The notes below the pieces were generated by a model, which worked only from the letters and a program-made list of their open reading frames with translations, had not been told where the DNA came from and ran no database searches. DNA of 64,000 nt from an uncultured Ignavibacteria bacterium. GTDB taxonomy: Bacteria > Bacteroidota > Ignavibacteria > UBA10030 > SZUA-254. Shown in pieces: positions 1 to 10,359 of this stretch. Made by a program: the position numbers and the translations under genes. Location: contig CAVRTZ010000008.1 of NCBI GenBank assembly GCA_963724215.1, positions 197,651 to 261,650 on the forward strand, written 5' to 3'. Position 1 is the first letter of the stretch. Every line of letters begins with the position of its first letter.

Positions 1-64
1 GCCGGCTGTCGACCCCCTCGGGTGTGTCCATGAATAAAATGATGCTGATCAGGTAGGACGCCGC

Positions 65-2230
65 ATGATCGTCGCCGAAATACAGTTCTCCCTGCTCGGG
101 GGCATCGCCGTCGCCGTCCTCTTCGCGCTCGCCGCCGTCGCGGCCGCGTGGTTCAGCTACCGCCGGACAATTCCCCCGCTCCCGCCGGGGCGGCGGGCCT
201 TCCTGACGACCCTTCGGGCGGTGACGATGGTCGCCCTCGCGCTCCTCCTGGCGGAACCGGTCATCCAGTTCGTGGACACCCGCACGGACGCGCCGGTCGT
301 CGCGGTGCTCCTCGACAACACGCAGAGCATCCGGGTCTCCGGGAAGGACGTCTCGAACGCCGTGGCCGCGTTCCTCGCGACGTCGGCGGGTTCCGCGCCT
401 GCCGGGGCGACGGTGCGCTATTTTCCCTTCGCGGGAACGGTGACCGGCGCGTTCGATTCTCCCCCCGAGAGTCTCCAATACTCCGGCCAGTCCACGGACA
501 TTTCCGCGGCGCTCGCCGAAATCCGGAAGCGGACGCGGGAGGAAAACATCCAGGCCGTCGTGCTCGCCACCGACGGCAATTACACCGAGGGGCGCAATCC
601 GCTCAACGAGCTGGAAAACCTCTCCCTCCCGGTGTTCGCGGCCGGCGTCGGCGACACCGTCAGGCAGAAGGACCTCCTCGTCGACCGCGTCTTCACCAAC
701 GCGATCGCGTACGCGGGATCGAACGTGCCCGTGGAGGCGTACCTCCGGAGCTTCGGCTACCGGAACCAGCGGGTCGAGGTGGCCGTCCATGAGGGGAAAG
801 AGGTCGTCGGGAGGGCGCCCGTTCTCCTCGACGCCGGGAGGACCGAATACCCGGTCCGCTTTTCGATCCCCGCGGGGGGGGAGGGAGTCCATAAATACGT
901 CGTTTCGGTCGGCGGCCTCCCCGGAGAACTGACGCGGGAGAACAACTCGCAGACGTTCTTCCTGAGGGTGCTCAAGAGCAAGATCAGGGTGGTGATGTTC
1001 GCGGGCGCCCCGTTCCCCGACGTGTCGGCGCTCCGCCAGGCGATCGCCGAAGACCCGCAGATGGAAGTCAGGACGTTCGTCCAGAAGTCGGCCGGCGCGT
1101 TCGTCGGCGACGCCCCGTCCCAGGCCGTCATCGACAGCGCCGACTGCGTCCTCTTCGCGGGGTTCCCGTCGCCGCTGACGTCCGAGGGAACGACAGCGCA
1201 ACTCCTGGCCGCGATGCGGAGCTCCAGGAAACCGCTGTTCTATGTCCACGGGAAATCCGTCGACCACGCGAAGCTCCGGGCCTTCGACGAATTTCTCCCG
1301 TTCACGGTGTCACAGCCCAACGGCGCCGAAGACCCCGTCTTCCCGTCGGTCCCGGAGAGGATGAAGGCGCACCCGCTGGTCTCCGGGGAACGGGCGGACA
1401 TCACGCTCGAATCGTGGGAGAGGCTCCCGCCCGTCTATAAGATGCGCACGGTGTTCCAGGCGCGTCCCGGCTCGGACGTGCTCGCGTTTGCCCGGATCAA
1501 CACCGTGACGTTGTCCGAGCCGCTCGTCCTGACACGGAGCCTGCGGGGGTTCAAGTCGTTCGCGATCACCGGCCACGGGATTTACCGTTGGAGGCTGATG
1601 TCGCAGGGTTCGCCCGCCACCGAGAAGTTCTTCGCGGCCCTGGTCTCGAACGCGGTGCGCTGGCTGACCACGCGCGACAACGAGAAGCCGGTGCGGGTCA
1701 ATCCGGTGAAAGACATCTTCACCACCGCCGAGGGGGTCGCGTTCAGGGCCGAAGTGTACGACGACCAGCTCAGGCCGGTTGACAACGCGGAAGTGAGCGT
1801 GCAGTACTCCTCCGGCCAGGAATCCCGCACGTTGCCTCTCGAACCGATCGGGAACGGGCGGTACGAGGGGGCCGACGGCCCGGTCCCGGCGGGTGATTAC
1901 GAGTTCCGGGCGACGGCGAAAAGCGGCGACCGCAACCTCGGCGCCGACGGCGGGAAATTTTCCGTCGGGCCCGTCAACGTGGAATTCCTGGCGACGACCA
2001 TGAACCGCCAGCTCCTGGAGCAGCTCGCCGGACAGTCGGGGGGAGGATTCTATGCGATCGCCGACGGCGAACGGCTCTGGAAGGACGTCGCGGAAAAGGT
2101 ACAACTGGCCCCCCGGGAGGAGATCACCCGCCGCGAGATCGAGATGTGGAATTTTGCGTGGCTCGGGGGCATCCTGGTCCTGCTGCTGGCCGGGGAGTGG
2201 TTCCTGCGGAAACGGTGGGCCCTGCTCTGA
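65..2230 (+). CDS. BatA-like membrane protein with an N-terminal double-transmembrane region, a vWA-like domain and a glutamine-amidotransferase-like domain
   Basis: 721 aa ORF. Two N-terminal TM helices (FSLLGGIAVAVLFALAAV.. and AVTMVALALLLAEPV), a DxTxS MIDAS-like motif (LLDNTQS), a VVLATDGNYTEG motif and a C-terminal TM helix (AWLGGILVLLLAG). The identification as the aerotolerance BatA family is from memory of that architecture. Confidence 0.55.
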   Translation: MIVAEIQFSLLGGIAVAVLFALAAVAAAWFSYRRTIPPLPPGRRAFLTTLRAVTMVALALLLAEPVIQFVDTRTDAPVVAVLLDNTQSIRVSGKDVSNAVAAFLATSAGSAPAGATVRYFPFAGTVTGAFDSPPESLQYSGQSTDISAALAEIRKRTREENIQAVVLATDGNYTEGRNPLNELENLSLPVFAAGVGDTVRQKDLLVDRVFTNAIAYAGSNVPVEAYLRSFGYRNQRVEVAVHEGKEVVGRAPVLLDAGRTEYPVRFSIPAGGEGVHKYVVSVGGLPGELTRENNSQTFFLRVLKSKIRVVMFAGAPFPDVSALRQAIAEDPQMEVRTFVQKSAGAFVGDAPSQAVIDSADCVLFAGFPSPLTSEGTTAQLLAAMRSSRKPLFYVHGKSVDHAKLRAFDEFLPFTVSQPNGAEDPVFPSVPERMKAHPLVSGERADITLESWERLPPVYKMRTVFQARPGSDVLAFARINTVTLSEPLVLTRSLRGFKSFAITGHGIYRWRLMSQGSPATEKFFAALVSNAVRWLTTRDNEKPVRVNPVKDIFTTAEGVAFRAEVYDDQLRPVDNAEVSVQYSSGQESRTLPLEPIGNGRYEGADGPVPAGDYEFRATAKSGDRNLGADGGKFSVGPVNVEFLATTMNRQLLEQLAGQSGGGFYAIADGERLWKDVAEKVQLAPREEITRREIEMWNFAWLGGILVLLLAGEWFLRKRWALL

Positions 2231-2423
2231 TTCCTTGCTTTTCCCTACCCAAACACTTATTATAACTCTCCGTATACACGGTATGCACGGGCGCTGCCGA
2301 CGGCACCGGTTCGCCCGGCGATACGCGGGATCCGCCGCACGACAGATCCGCTAAAAACCTCCACCGGGCTCACCCTTGGTCCGTAGAAGAGTTCCGACAA
2401 CCATCATTGCAGGAGAAGCAGCC

Positions 2424-5400
2424 ATGTTCATTCCATCTCGATCGTTCGCCGTGAAGGGAATGCTCGTCGCAGTGGCGGCGATGTTTTTCGCGGCGGCGAT
2501 TCCCGCGCCGGCGCAGGTCGCCCCGGCCGTCGGGATCAGGCAGAACACGCCCGAGGTCCACGCGTTCACCAACGCCAGGATCGTCGTTTCGCCCGGTAAG
2601 GTCATCGCGAAAGGGACGCTGGTCGTCCGCGACGGGATGATCGAGTCCGTCGGCGCGAACGTGGGCGTTCCCGACGACGCCCGCGTGTGGGACATCCCGG
2701 GGATGACCATCTACCCCGGCCTCATCGAATCGTATTCCGACGCCGGCCTCCCGAAACAGTCCACCGAGCGCGGGGCGGGCGGCGGCCCGGGCCAGGGCGG
2801 CCAGGCGAGGCGCGAGACACCGGCCGCGCCGCGCGGCGCGAGGTACTGGAACAAGAACGTCAACACCTCCGTGCGGGCGGCCGAACTGTTCCTCCCCGAC
2901 GCAAAGGAGAATGAAAAATTGCGGGGCATGGGGTTCACCGCCGCGCAGATCGTCCCCGCCGAAGGGGTTCTGAAGGGCGCGACCGCGGTCGTGATGCTTG
3001 GCGACGGCAAGCCGGGCGACCAGTTGTTGCGCGCCGACGTCGCGCAGGCGGGCACCCTCCAGCCGCCGCGCAATTCCGAGGAGGCGTATCCCAATTCGCT
3101 GATGGGTTCGATCGCGCTCATCCGCCAGGTCATGCTCGACGCGCAGTGGCACAGGGCCGCGCAGAAGGCGTCGCAGCAGCATCCCTCGGAGCCGAGGCCG
3201 GAATACGTTTCCGACCTCGCCGCCCTCGGAGACGTGATCGACGGCGTCCGCCCGGTCCTGATGGAATCGGCCGACGAGCACGACCTGCTCAGGAGCGCGG
3301 CCATCGCGAAGGAATTCACGCTGAAGCTCTGGGTCCGGGGCAGCGGGCGCGAATACCAGCGGCTCGCGGCGGTGAAGGCCGCCCGCGTGCCGGTGATCCT
3401 CCCGGTGAATTTCCCCGAGACGCCGTCGGTCGGCTCGCCGGAAGACGCGCTGAACGTGGGCCTCGCGGAACTGCGCTACTGGGACGAGGCGCCTGAAAAT
3501 CCGAAGCGGCTCGCCGACGCGGGCGTGGAATTCACCCTGACGGCGTCGCTCCTGAAGGACCAGACAAAATTCATCCCCAACGTGAAGAAGGCGGTCTCCA
3601 GGGGGCTCTCCGCCGACGCGGCCCTCGCCGCTCTCACCACCACACCGGCGAAACTCCTGGGTGTCGACAAGGAGGTCGGGACGCTCGAGAGGGGCAAGAG
3701 GGCCAACTTCATCGTCACCGAGGGAGACCTCTTCGCCGAGAAGGGTGTCCTGCGCGAAACCTGGGTCTCCGGCACCCGGTACCCGGTGAAACCGGCCCCT
3801 GACGTCGACCCGCGCGGGACCTGGGCGGCGGCGCTCTCGGGCGCGCCCGTCGACACCCTGACGATGACGCTGAAGGGTGAGACGGAGAGTCCGAAGATCA
3901 CCGTCACGGTGAAGGGGAAGGAAGCGAAGACTTCCACCGCCTCCTTCTCCAGCCTCCTGCTCCAGGCCTCGTTCTCGGGCGACTCGATCGTCTTCGACGG
4001 GGTCACGCGGATGAGCGGCAGCTACGCCGGAGGGAAATTCGCCGGCACGGGCGAACTCTCCGACGGCCGCTCGTTCACGTGGAACGCCGTCCGCACCGCG
4101 CCGTTCACGGCGGAAAGGGACACCGCGCAACCGAAGCCGCCCGCGATGGCGTCGTTCACGCCGCTCTATCCCCCCGGCGAATTCGGCCGGGCCTCGCTCC
4201 CGGAGCAGGCCGACCGCCTGTTCGTGAAAGGGGCCACGATCTGGACGTCGGGGCCGGCCGGCACGATCGAGAACGGCGACATGCTGATTGAGAAGGGCAA
4301 AATCGTCAAGGTCGGGAAATCGCTCTCCGTCCCATCCGGCGCGAAAGTCATCGACGGGAAGGGGAAGCACGTCACCGCCGGCCTGATCGACTGCCACTCG
4401 CACTCCGCCGCGGCGGGGAGCGTGAACGAGACCGGCCAGGCGATCACGGCCGAGGTGCGCATCGCCGACGTCATCGACCCCGACGACATCGGCATCTACC
4501 GGGAGCTCGCCGGCGGGCTGACGGCGGCCAACGTCCTGCACGGCTCGGCCAACGCCATCGGCGGCCAGAACCAGGTCATCAAGCTCCGGTGGGGCGCGCT
4601 CGCCGAGGAGATGAAGTTCGCGGGAGCGATGCCGGGGATCAAGTTCGCCCTCGGCGAGAACCTCAAGCAGAGCAACTGGGGCGACGACAACACCACCCGT
4701 TATCCGCAGACCCGCTCCGGGGTCGAGCAGATCATCCGGGACGAGTTCACCGCGGCGAGGGACTACCGTCAGCAATGGGCGGACTACCGCGCGCTGAAAA
4801 CGCACATTCCCCCGCGGCGCGACCTCGAAATGGAGGCCCTGGTCGAGATCCTCGAAGGGAAACGGCTGGTCCATTGCCACTCCTACCGCCAGGACGAGAT
4901 CCTCGCCCTGATGCGCGTCGCCGAGGACTTCGGTTTCCGGATCGCCACCTTCCAGCACATCCTGGAGGGATACAAGGTGGCCGACGTGATGGCGAAGCAC
5001 GGCGCGGGCGGCTCGAGCTTCAGCGACTGGTGGGCGTACAAGATGGAAGTGTACGACGCCATTCCCTACAACGGCGCGATCATGCACTCCGCGGGGGTGG
5101 TCGTTTCGTTCAACTCCGACAGCGACGAGCTGGCGCGCCGGATGAACCTCGAAGCCGCGAAGGCGGTTAAGTACGGCGGGGTGGCTCCCGACGAGGCGCT
5201 CAAGTTCGTCACCATCAACCCGGCGAAACAGCTCCGGATCGACAAGCGCGTGGGATCGCTCGAGCCGGGGAAGGACGCGGACTTCGTGGTCTGGAGCGGC
5301 AGCCCGCTCTCGACCCTCAGCATCTGCGAGCAGACCTGGATCGACGGCCGGAGGTATTTCGACCGGCAGGAGGACAGGGCGATGAACGACGAGGTCACGC

Positions 5401-5552
5401 GGGAACGCTCGGTCCTCATCCAGAAGGCGCTCGAATCGCCGAAAGCGTCGTCCGACGACAAGAAGGGCGGCCGGGGACGTGGCTGGAAATATGAGGATGA
5501 ATCCGATCACTATTCATGCCATGAGGAAGTCCATGGCGGGGAGGGACGCTGA
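2424..5552 (+). CDS. Secreted amidohydrolase-family protein with two tandem amidohydrolase domains
   Basis: ORF 2376..5552. The internal ATG at 2424 is preceded by AGGAGAAG and followed by a signal peptide (MFIPSRSFAVKGMLVAVAAMFFAAAIPAPAQ). HxH metal motif GLIDCHSHSAAAG in the second domain. The two halves look like each other. Confidence 0.75.
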   Translation: MFIPSRSFAVKGMLVAVAAMFFAAAIPAPAQVAPAVGIRQNTPEVHAFTNARIVVSPGKVIAKGTLVVRDGMIESVGANVGVPDDARVWDIPGMTIYPGLIESYSDAGLPKQSTERGAGGGPGQGGQARRETPAAPRGARYWNKNVNTSVRAAELFLPDAKENEKLRGMGFTAAQIVPAEGVLKGATAVVMLGDGKPGDQLLRADVAQAGTLQPPRNSEEAYPNSLMGSIALIRQVMLDAQWHRAAQKASQQHPSEPRPEYVSDLAALGDVIDGVRPVLMESADEHDLLRSAAIAKEFTLKLWVRGSGREYQRLAAVKAARVPVILPVNFPETPSVGSPEDALNVGLAELRYWDEAPENPKRLADAGVEFTLTASLLKDQTKFIPNVKKAVSRGLSADAALAALTTTPAKLLGVDKEVGTLERGKRANFIVTEGDLFAEKGVLRETWVSGTRYPVKPAPDVDPRGTWAAALSGAPVDTLTMTLKGETESPKITVTVKGKEAKTSTASFSSLLLQASFSGDSIVFDGVTRMSGSYAGGKFAGTGELSDGRSFTWNAVRTAPFTAERDTAQPKPPAMASFTPLYPPGEFGRASLPEQADRLFVKGATIWTSGPAGTIENGDMLIEKGKIVKVGKSLSVPSGAKVIDGKGKHVTAGLIDCHSHSAAAGSVNETGQAITAEVRIADVIDPDDIGIYRELAGGLTAANVLHGSANAIGGQNQVIKLRWGALAEEMKFAGAMPGIKFALGENLKQSNWGDDNTTRYPQTRSGVEQIIRDEFTAARDYRQQWADYRALKTHIPPRRDLEMEALVEILEGKRLVHCHSYRQDEILALMRVAEDFGFRIATFQHILEGYKVADVMAKHGAGGSSFSDWWAYKMEVYDAIPYNGAIMHSAGVVVSFNSDSDELARRMNLEAAKAVKYGGVAPDEALKFVTINPAKQLRIDKRVGSLEPGKDADFVVWSGSPLSTLSICEQTWIDGRRYFDRQEDRAMNDEVTRERSVLIQKALESPKASSDDKKGGRGRGWKYEDESDHYSCHEEVHGGEGR

Positions 5553-5553
5553 C

Positions 5554-6921
5554 ATGAAGACCACGAATTTCACCCAGGTGAACCTGCATAACCTGTGGAA
5601 ACTGCTGGCCCTGCTCGTCGCGATGCTCGTCCTTGCGCCCGCGTCCAGGCTCATCGCCGGCGGCACCGAGATTCCCGCGAAACCGCAGGACCACCCGATC
5701 GTCCTGACCGGCGGCACCATCCACCCGGTGTCCGGCCCGGCGATCGAGGGGGGCATGATCCTCTTCGACAAGGGGACGATCGTCGCGATCGGCGCGAACC
5801 TCACCCTCCCGGCCGGCACCGAGAGGATCGACGTCACCGGAAAACACGTCTACCCCGGGCTCGTCCTCGCGACGTCCTCCACCGGCCTGAACGAGATCGG
5901 CTCGGTCCGCGCGACGAGGGACGCCGTGGAGACGGGGAGCATCAACCCCAACATCCGCGCCGAGGCGGGGGTCAACCCCGAGAGCGAGATCATCCCGGTG
6001 ACCCGCGCCAACGGCATCACGGTGGCGGTGACGATGCCGGGCGGGGGAGTCATCAGCGGCACGGCCGCCGCCCTCGAACTCGACGGCTGGACCTGGGAGG
6101 ACATGACGCTCAGGGCGCCGGTCGGCATGATCGTCAATTGGCCCAGCATGACGATCAACCGGGCCTGGTGGGAGCGGCGGACCGAGGAGGAGCAGAAGAA
6201 GGAGCGGGAAAAACAGCTCGACGAACTGAAGAACGCGTTCCGGGACGCGCGCGCCTACATGGTCGCGAAGAAGGCGGAAGGCTCCGGGAACGGCCCGCGA
6301 CACGACACCGACCTGCGCTGGGAAGCGATGATCCCGGTGCTCGAGGGGAAGGTCCCCGTCCTCCTGAGCGCGTCGGACCTGACGCAGATCGAGGCGGCCG
6401 TCGCCTGGGCCGACCAGGAGAAGGTCCGGTTGGTGATCGTCGGCGGGTACGACGCGTGGCGCGCCGCCGGACTCCTGAAGGCGCACAACGTCGCGGTGAT
6501 CGCCGAGCCGATCCACACCACGCCGTCCCGCCGGTGGGAGGCCTACGACGAGCCGGCGACGCTCCCGAAGAAGCTCTTCGACGCGGGGGTGACGTTCTGC
6601 ATCAGCGGCGGCGGGGGTTACGAGAACGAGAGGAACCTCCCGTACCAGGCCGCGGCCGCGGCGAGCTACGGGTTGCCGGCGGACGAGGCGCTCAAAGCGG
6701 TCACGCTCTACCCGGCGCAGATCCTCGGGTTGGCCGACAGGATCGGGTCGCTCGAGAGCGGCAAGGACGCGACCCTCATCGTCACCACGGGGAACCCCCT
6801 CGAGATCACGAGCAGCGTCGAGATGGAGTTCATCCGAGGGAAATCGATCAGCCTGACCAACCGGCAGACGCACCTGAACGACAAGTACCGGGAGAAATAC
6901 CGCAGGATGGGGATCGAATGA
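5554..6921 (+). CDS. Secreted amidohydrolase-family protein
   Basis: ORF 5479..6921. The likely start at 5554 (MKTTNFTQV.. with a signal peptide LLALLVAMLVLAPASRLIAGG) lies 1 nt after the upstream TGA. N-terminal amidohydrolase fold (HPVSGP..GMILFDKGTIVAIGANL..VTGKHVYPGLV). Confidence 0.75.
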   Translation: MKTTNFTQVNLHNLWKLLALLVAMLVLAPASRLIAGGTEIPAKPQDHPIVLTGGTIHPVSGPAIEGGMILFDKGTIVAIGANLTLPAGTERIDVTGKHVYPGLVLATSSTGLNEIGSVRATRDAVETGSINPNIRAEAGVNPESEIIPVTRANGITVAVTMPGGGVISGTAAALELDGWTWEDMTLRAPVGMIVNWPSMTINRAWWERRTEEEQKKEREKQLDELKNAFRDARAYMVAKKAEGSGNGPRHDTDLRWEAMIPVLEGKVPVLLSASDLTQIEAAVAWADQEKVRLVIVGGYDAWRAAGLLKAHNVAVIAEPIHTTPSRRWEAYDEPATLPKKLFDAGVTFCISGGGGYENERNLPYQAAAAASYGLPADEALKAVTLYPAQILGLADRIGSLESGKDATLIVTTGNPLEITSSVEMEFIRGKSISLTNRQTHLNDKYREKYRRMGIE

Positions 6922-7547
6922 CCGGTGATGGAGGGAAAGTCGAGGCGGTGATGGTCCTCCGGGACCACCGCATGAAGCACATCCCGGAGCTGCGCGTCGG
7001 GCATGAAATCGTGGAGAAGCGGTTCGTTCCGGGTTGTTCGATGACGAACTGCAACGCGGACTGTTGCAGCGGCGGGGTGTACGCCGACGTCACCGAACGC
7101 GACGAAATCCTCCGCCACGCGGACCTGGTCCGCGCGCAGATGGACCCGGAGCAGGAGCGCGATACCGCCCTCTGGTTCGAAAAGGACCCGATCCCGGACG
7201 CCGACTACCCGTCAGGCATGGCGGTCGGAACGGAAGTGTACAACGACCGGTGCGTGTTCCTGAATTCGAAGGGAATGTGCGTGCTGCAGAAGGCCGCCGC
7301 CGCCGGGGGGATGGACCGTTACGCCCTGAAACCGTTCTACTGCTGGCTCTACCCGGTGACGGTCGACGGGGGCGAGCTCACGCTGCACGATCCGGAGTAC
7401 GCCGAGCGCCCGTCGTGCTGCTCATACAGGGACGAAGGCCCGCTGACGGTGTTCGACGTCTGTGCGGAAGAGCTCACGCTCGCCCTGGGGGACCGGGGCG
7501 TGGAGGAGTTGCGCAGGGGAGTGGAATCGGCGCTCGGGGGGAAATAA
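6918..7547 (+). CDS. Cys-rich DUF3109-like protein
   Basis: C-terminal 209 aa of the 5595..7547 frame. The ATG at 6918 overlaps the upstream stop (ATGA). Cys clusters (CSMTNCNADCCSGG, CVFLNSKGMC, FYCW, CCSY). The family name is from memory. Confidence 0.65.
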   Translation: MTGDGGKVEAVMVLRDHRMKHIPELRVGHEIVEKRFVPGCSMTNCNADCCSGGVYADVTERDEILRHADLVRAQMDPEQERDTALWFEKDPIPDADYPSGMAVGTEVYNDRCVFLNSKGMCVLQKAAAAGGMDRYALKPFYCWLYPVTVDGGELTLHDPEYAERPSCCSYRDEGPLTVFDVCAEELTLALGDRGVEELRRGVESALGGK

Positions 7548-7629
7548 CCGGGGTGTATCCGCCGGGCGGTCGCGGTCGGGAGCTTCCCGCGCGTCACGAT
7601 GGACGCGCGTGAAACGCTGAAGCGGGGTG

Positions 7630-7746
7630 CTACCGCGTGACCACCGTGATGGTGTTATAGAACCCGTAGAAGAGGTAGAGCGTGATCGCCGAGCTGACCA
7701 ACCAACAGAACGCGTTGGTGAGCTTTTCTCCGAACGTCATGATAAA
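7630..7746 (-). CDS. Candidate small hydrophobic protein (39 aa)
   Basis: Tail of ORF 7630..8220: MFIMTFGEKLTNAFCWLVSSAITLYLFYGFYNTITVVTR. A single TM-like stretch sitting in an AT-rich intergenic island. No homology is recognised. Confidence 0.25.
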   Translation of the reverse strand, partial: FIMTFGEKLTNAFCWLVSSAITLYLFYGFYNTITVVTR

Positions 7747-7955
7747 CATATCCTGCCCTTTCTGCTGATCCTGTCCTGAATCCGGCCCGCCGTCCTGACC
7801 TGCGACACCCTCTGTAAAAAATATACAGCTGTCAATGATGAAACGCAAGGGGGGGTGCCGAGAAACGGGAAATTTGACCGTTTGGGGGGAAGAATTGGAC
7901 CGGTTTAAGCGCGTAAAATGAAAACGCGCCCGGGGATGGCGGGTGTCGCGGGCTG

Positions 7956-8342
7956 TTACTTCGTCTCCGACTTTGCCACGACGTTCCGGATGGCCTGGTG
8001 GATTTCGTGCATGTCCACGCGGCCTTTCCTGAGGTAGGCGATGTCGTGCATCTTCAGTTCGGTGATGTCCTTGACGTCGAGGTCGCGCCCGGTGATGACG
8101 ACGATCGGGATGTTCTTGTGTTTCAGATGGGCTTTGAGCTCCCTGATAAGGTCGAACCCGCTCAGCCGGTTCAGCGCCAGGTCCATGATGATGGCGGAGG
8201 GTTTTTCCTTTTCGACCCATTGCATAAAATTCTCTTCCAGAGGGAAAAGGACACCGTTAAACCCCTCGTCTTCCACCACGAATTTCATCAATTCGGAAAA
8301 ACCGGGGCTGTCCTCGACAATGAGTACGGTTTTTTTCTTCAT
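7956..8342 (-). CDS. Single-domain response regulator (CheY-like receiver)
   Basis: 128 aa. LIVEDS acidic pocket, phospho-acceptor context IIMDLAL, conserved K further downstream. There is no output domain and no kinase gene nearby. Confidence 0.85.
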   Translation of the reverse strand: MKKKTVLIVEDSPGFSELMKFVVEDEGFNGVLFPLEENFMQWVEKEKPSAIIMDLALNRLSGFDLIRELKAHLKHKNIPIVVITGRDLDVKDITELKMHDIAYLRKGRVDMHEIHQAIRNVVAKSETK

Positions 8343-8499
8343 GGACAGAAAAAATCAGGAAATGGCAAAGAATTACGCGGGTGATTAGAGAATTTTCAGG
8401 AAATGCTCACTAAACATAGAGAGATTTGTCGAAAAAGTCAAACATCGGACCCCCACCAGGAATCACTGAAAAGGGCATCCCGGGTCACCCGGCACCCTT

Positions 8500-8545
8500 T
8501 GACATTGACACTGAAAATCCGTACCTTATTTTCGCTCTGTTTCCA
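8500..8545 (+). promoter_or_regulatory. Putative promoter of rplU-rpmA
   Basis: AT-rich intergenic region with two TTGACA copies (TTGACATTGACA) followed by TACCTTATTTTCG, a TAnnTTTG-like -7 element, about 30 nt upstream of the rplU ATG. Confidence 0.3.
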
Positions 8546-8573
8546 TTTCTCATCAAATCGGGGTTAAATCATC

Positions 8574-8885
8574 ATGTTTGCGGTAGTTGAAGTCGCCGGG
8601 CAGCAGCTCAAAGTGAGCCCGGCCGAGCAGATATACGTCCCCAGACTCACCCAGGGTGTCGGCGATACCGTGAAATTCGACCGGGTGATCCTGCTGTCGG
8701 ACGACAAGAAGGTGTCCATCGGCGCCCCCTACGTGAAGAACGCGACGGTGACGGCGAAAATTCTCGGCCACGTGAAGGACGAGACAGTCATCGTCTTCAA
8801 GAAGAAGAAACGCAAGGGATACCGCCTGCGCCGCGGCCATCGGCAGCAGTATACGCAGGTCGAGATCACCAGCATAGCCAGTTAA
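8574..8885 (+). CDS. rplU: 50S ribosomal protein L21
   Basis: 103 aa, MFAVVEVAGQQLKVSPAEQIYVP.. which is a typical L21 N-terminus. Confidence 0.95.
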   Translation: MFAVVEVAGQQLKVSPAEQIYVPRLTQGVGDTVKFDRVILLSDDKKVSIGAPYVKNATVTAKILGHVKDETVIVFKKKKRKGYRLRRGHRQQYTQVEITSIAS

Positions 8886-8903
8886 CATCGAGGAGAAGAT
8901 CGC

Positions 8904-9158
8904 ATGGCACATAAAAAAGGGGGCGGCAGTTCACGCAACGGCCGCGACAGCAACTCGCAGCGCCTCGGCGTCAAGCGTTTCGGCGGGGAGAAAGTCACCG
9001 CCGGCAGCATCATCGTCCGCCAGCGCGGGACCAGTTTCTCGCCCGGCACCAACGTCGGGATCGGCAGCGACGACACGCTGTTCGCGCTGAAGGACGGCGT
9101 GGTGAACTTCAAGAATTTCGGGAAGTCCAGGAACGTCGTCAGCATCATTCCCTCGTAA
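8904..9158 (+). CDS. rpmA: 50S ribosomal protein L27
   Basis: 84 aa, [28 protein letters not shown].. which is the L27 signature N-terminus. Confidence 0.95.
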   Translation: MAHKKGGGSSRNGRDSNSQRLGVKRFGGEKVTAGSIIVRQRGTSFSPGTNVGIGSDDTLFALKDGVVNFKNFGKSRNVVSIIPS

Positions 9159-10232
<1,074 letters not shown>

Positions 10233-10300
10233 GGATGGATCTCTAAGGGGGATGTCGTGCCGCGGGAGGGGTGACACTCTCCGGCGGCGACAGGCTGCCA

Positions 10301-10344
10301 CCGGGACCGGAGGCGTGCGGGGATTCGCGCGCCGCCGGTCCCGG
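10301..10344. terminator. Candidate bidirectional terminator hairpin between convergent mdh and the anti-sigma factor gene
   Basis: Perfect 10-bp inverted repeat CCGGGACCGG ... CCGGTCCCGG with a ~24-nt loop, placed between the two convergent stop codons. Confidence 0.4.
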
Positions 10345-10359
10345 CGCGCAACCCGCGCT

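Noticed and set aside
1-31. A possible 5' end of a minus-strand gene running off the left edge (ATG at 29-31, MDTPEGVDSR..).
   Set aside because: Only ~10 codons are visible. There is no way to assess it from this window.
148-792. Nested ORFs inside the BatA-like gene (148..792 +, 757..1131 -, 1310..2104 -).
   Set aside because: These are Arg/Gly/Pro-rich shadow frames. The 721-aa frame has coherent TM and vWA features.
2370-5510. Very long antisense or alternate-frame ORFs that shadow real genes. Examples: 2370..5510 (-), 5416..6873 (-), 5595..6917 part (+), 12564..14285 (+), 16505..18856 (+), 21409..23337 (-), 22713..24017 (+), 28469..31162 (+), 28023..30743 (-), 31914..34061 (-), 40607..42841 (+), 44813..47095 (+), 60219..62966 (+).
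   Set aside because: Their translations are Arg/Pro/Gly-rich low-complexity sequence typical of stop-poor frames in ~67% GC DNA. The opposite or other frame carries clear family motifs, signal peptides and proper starts.
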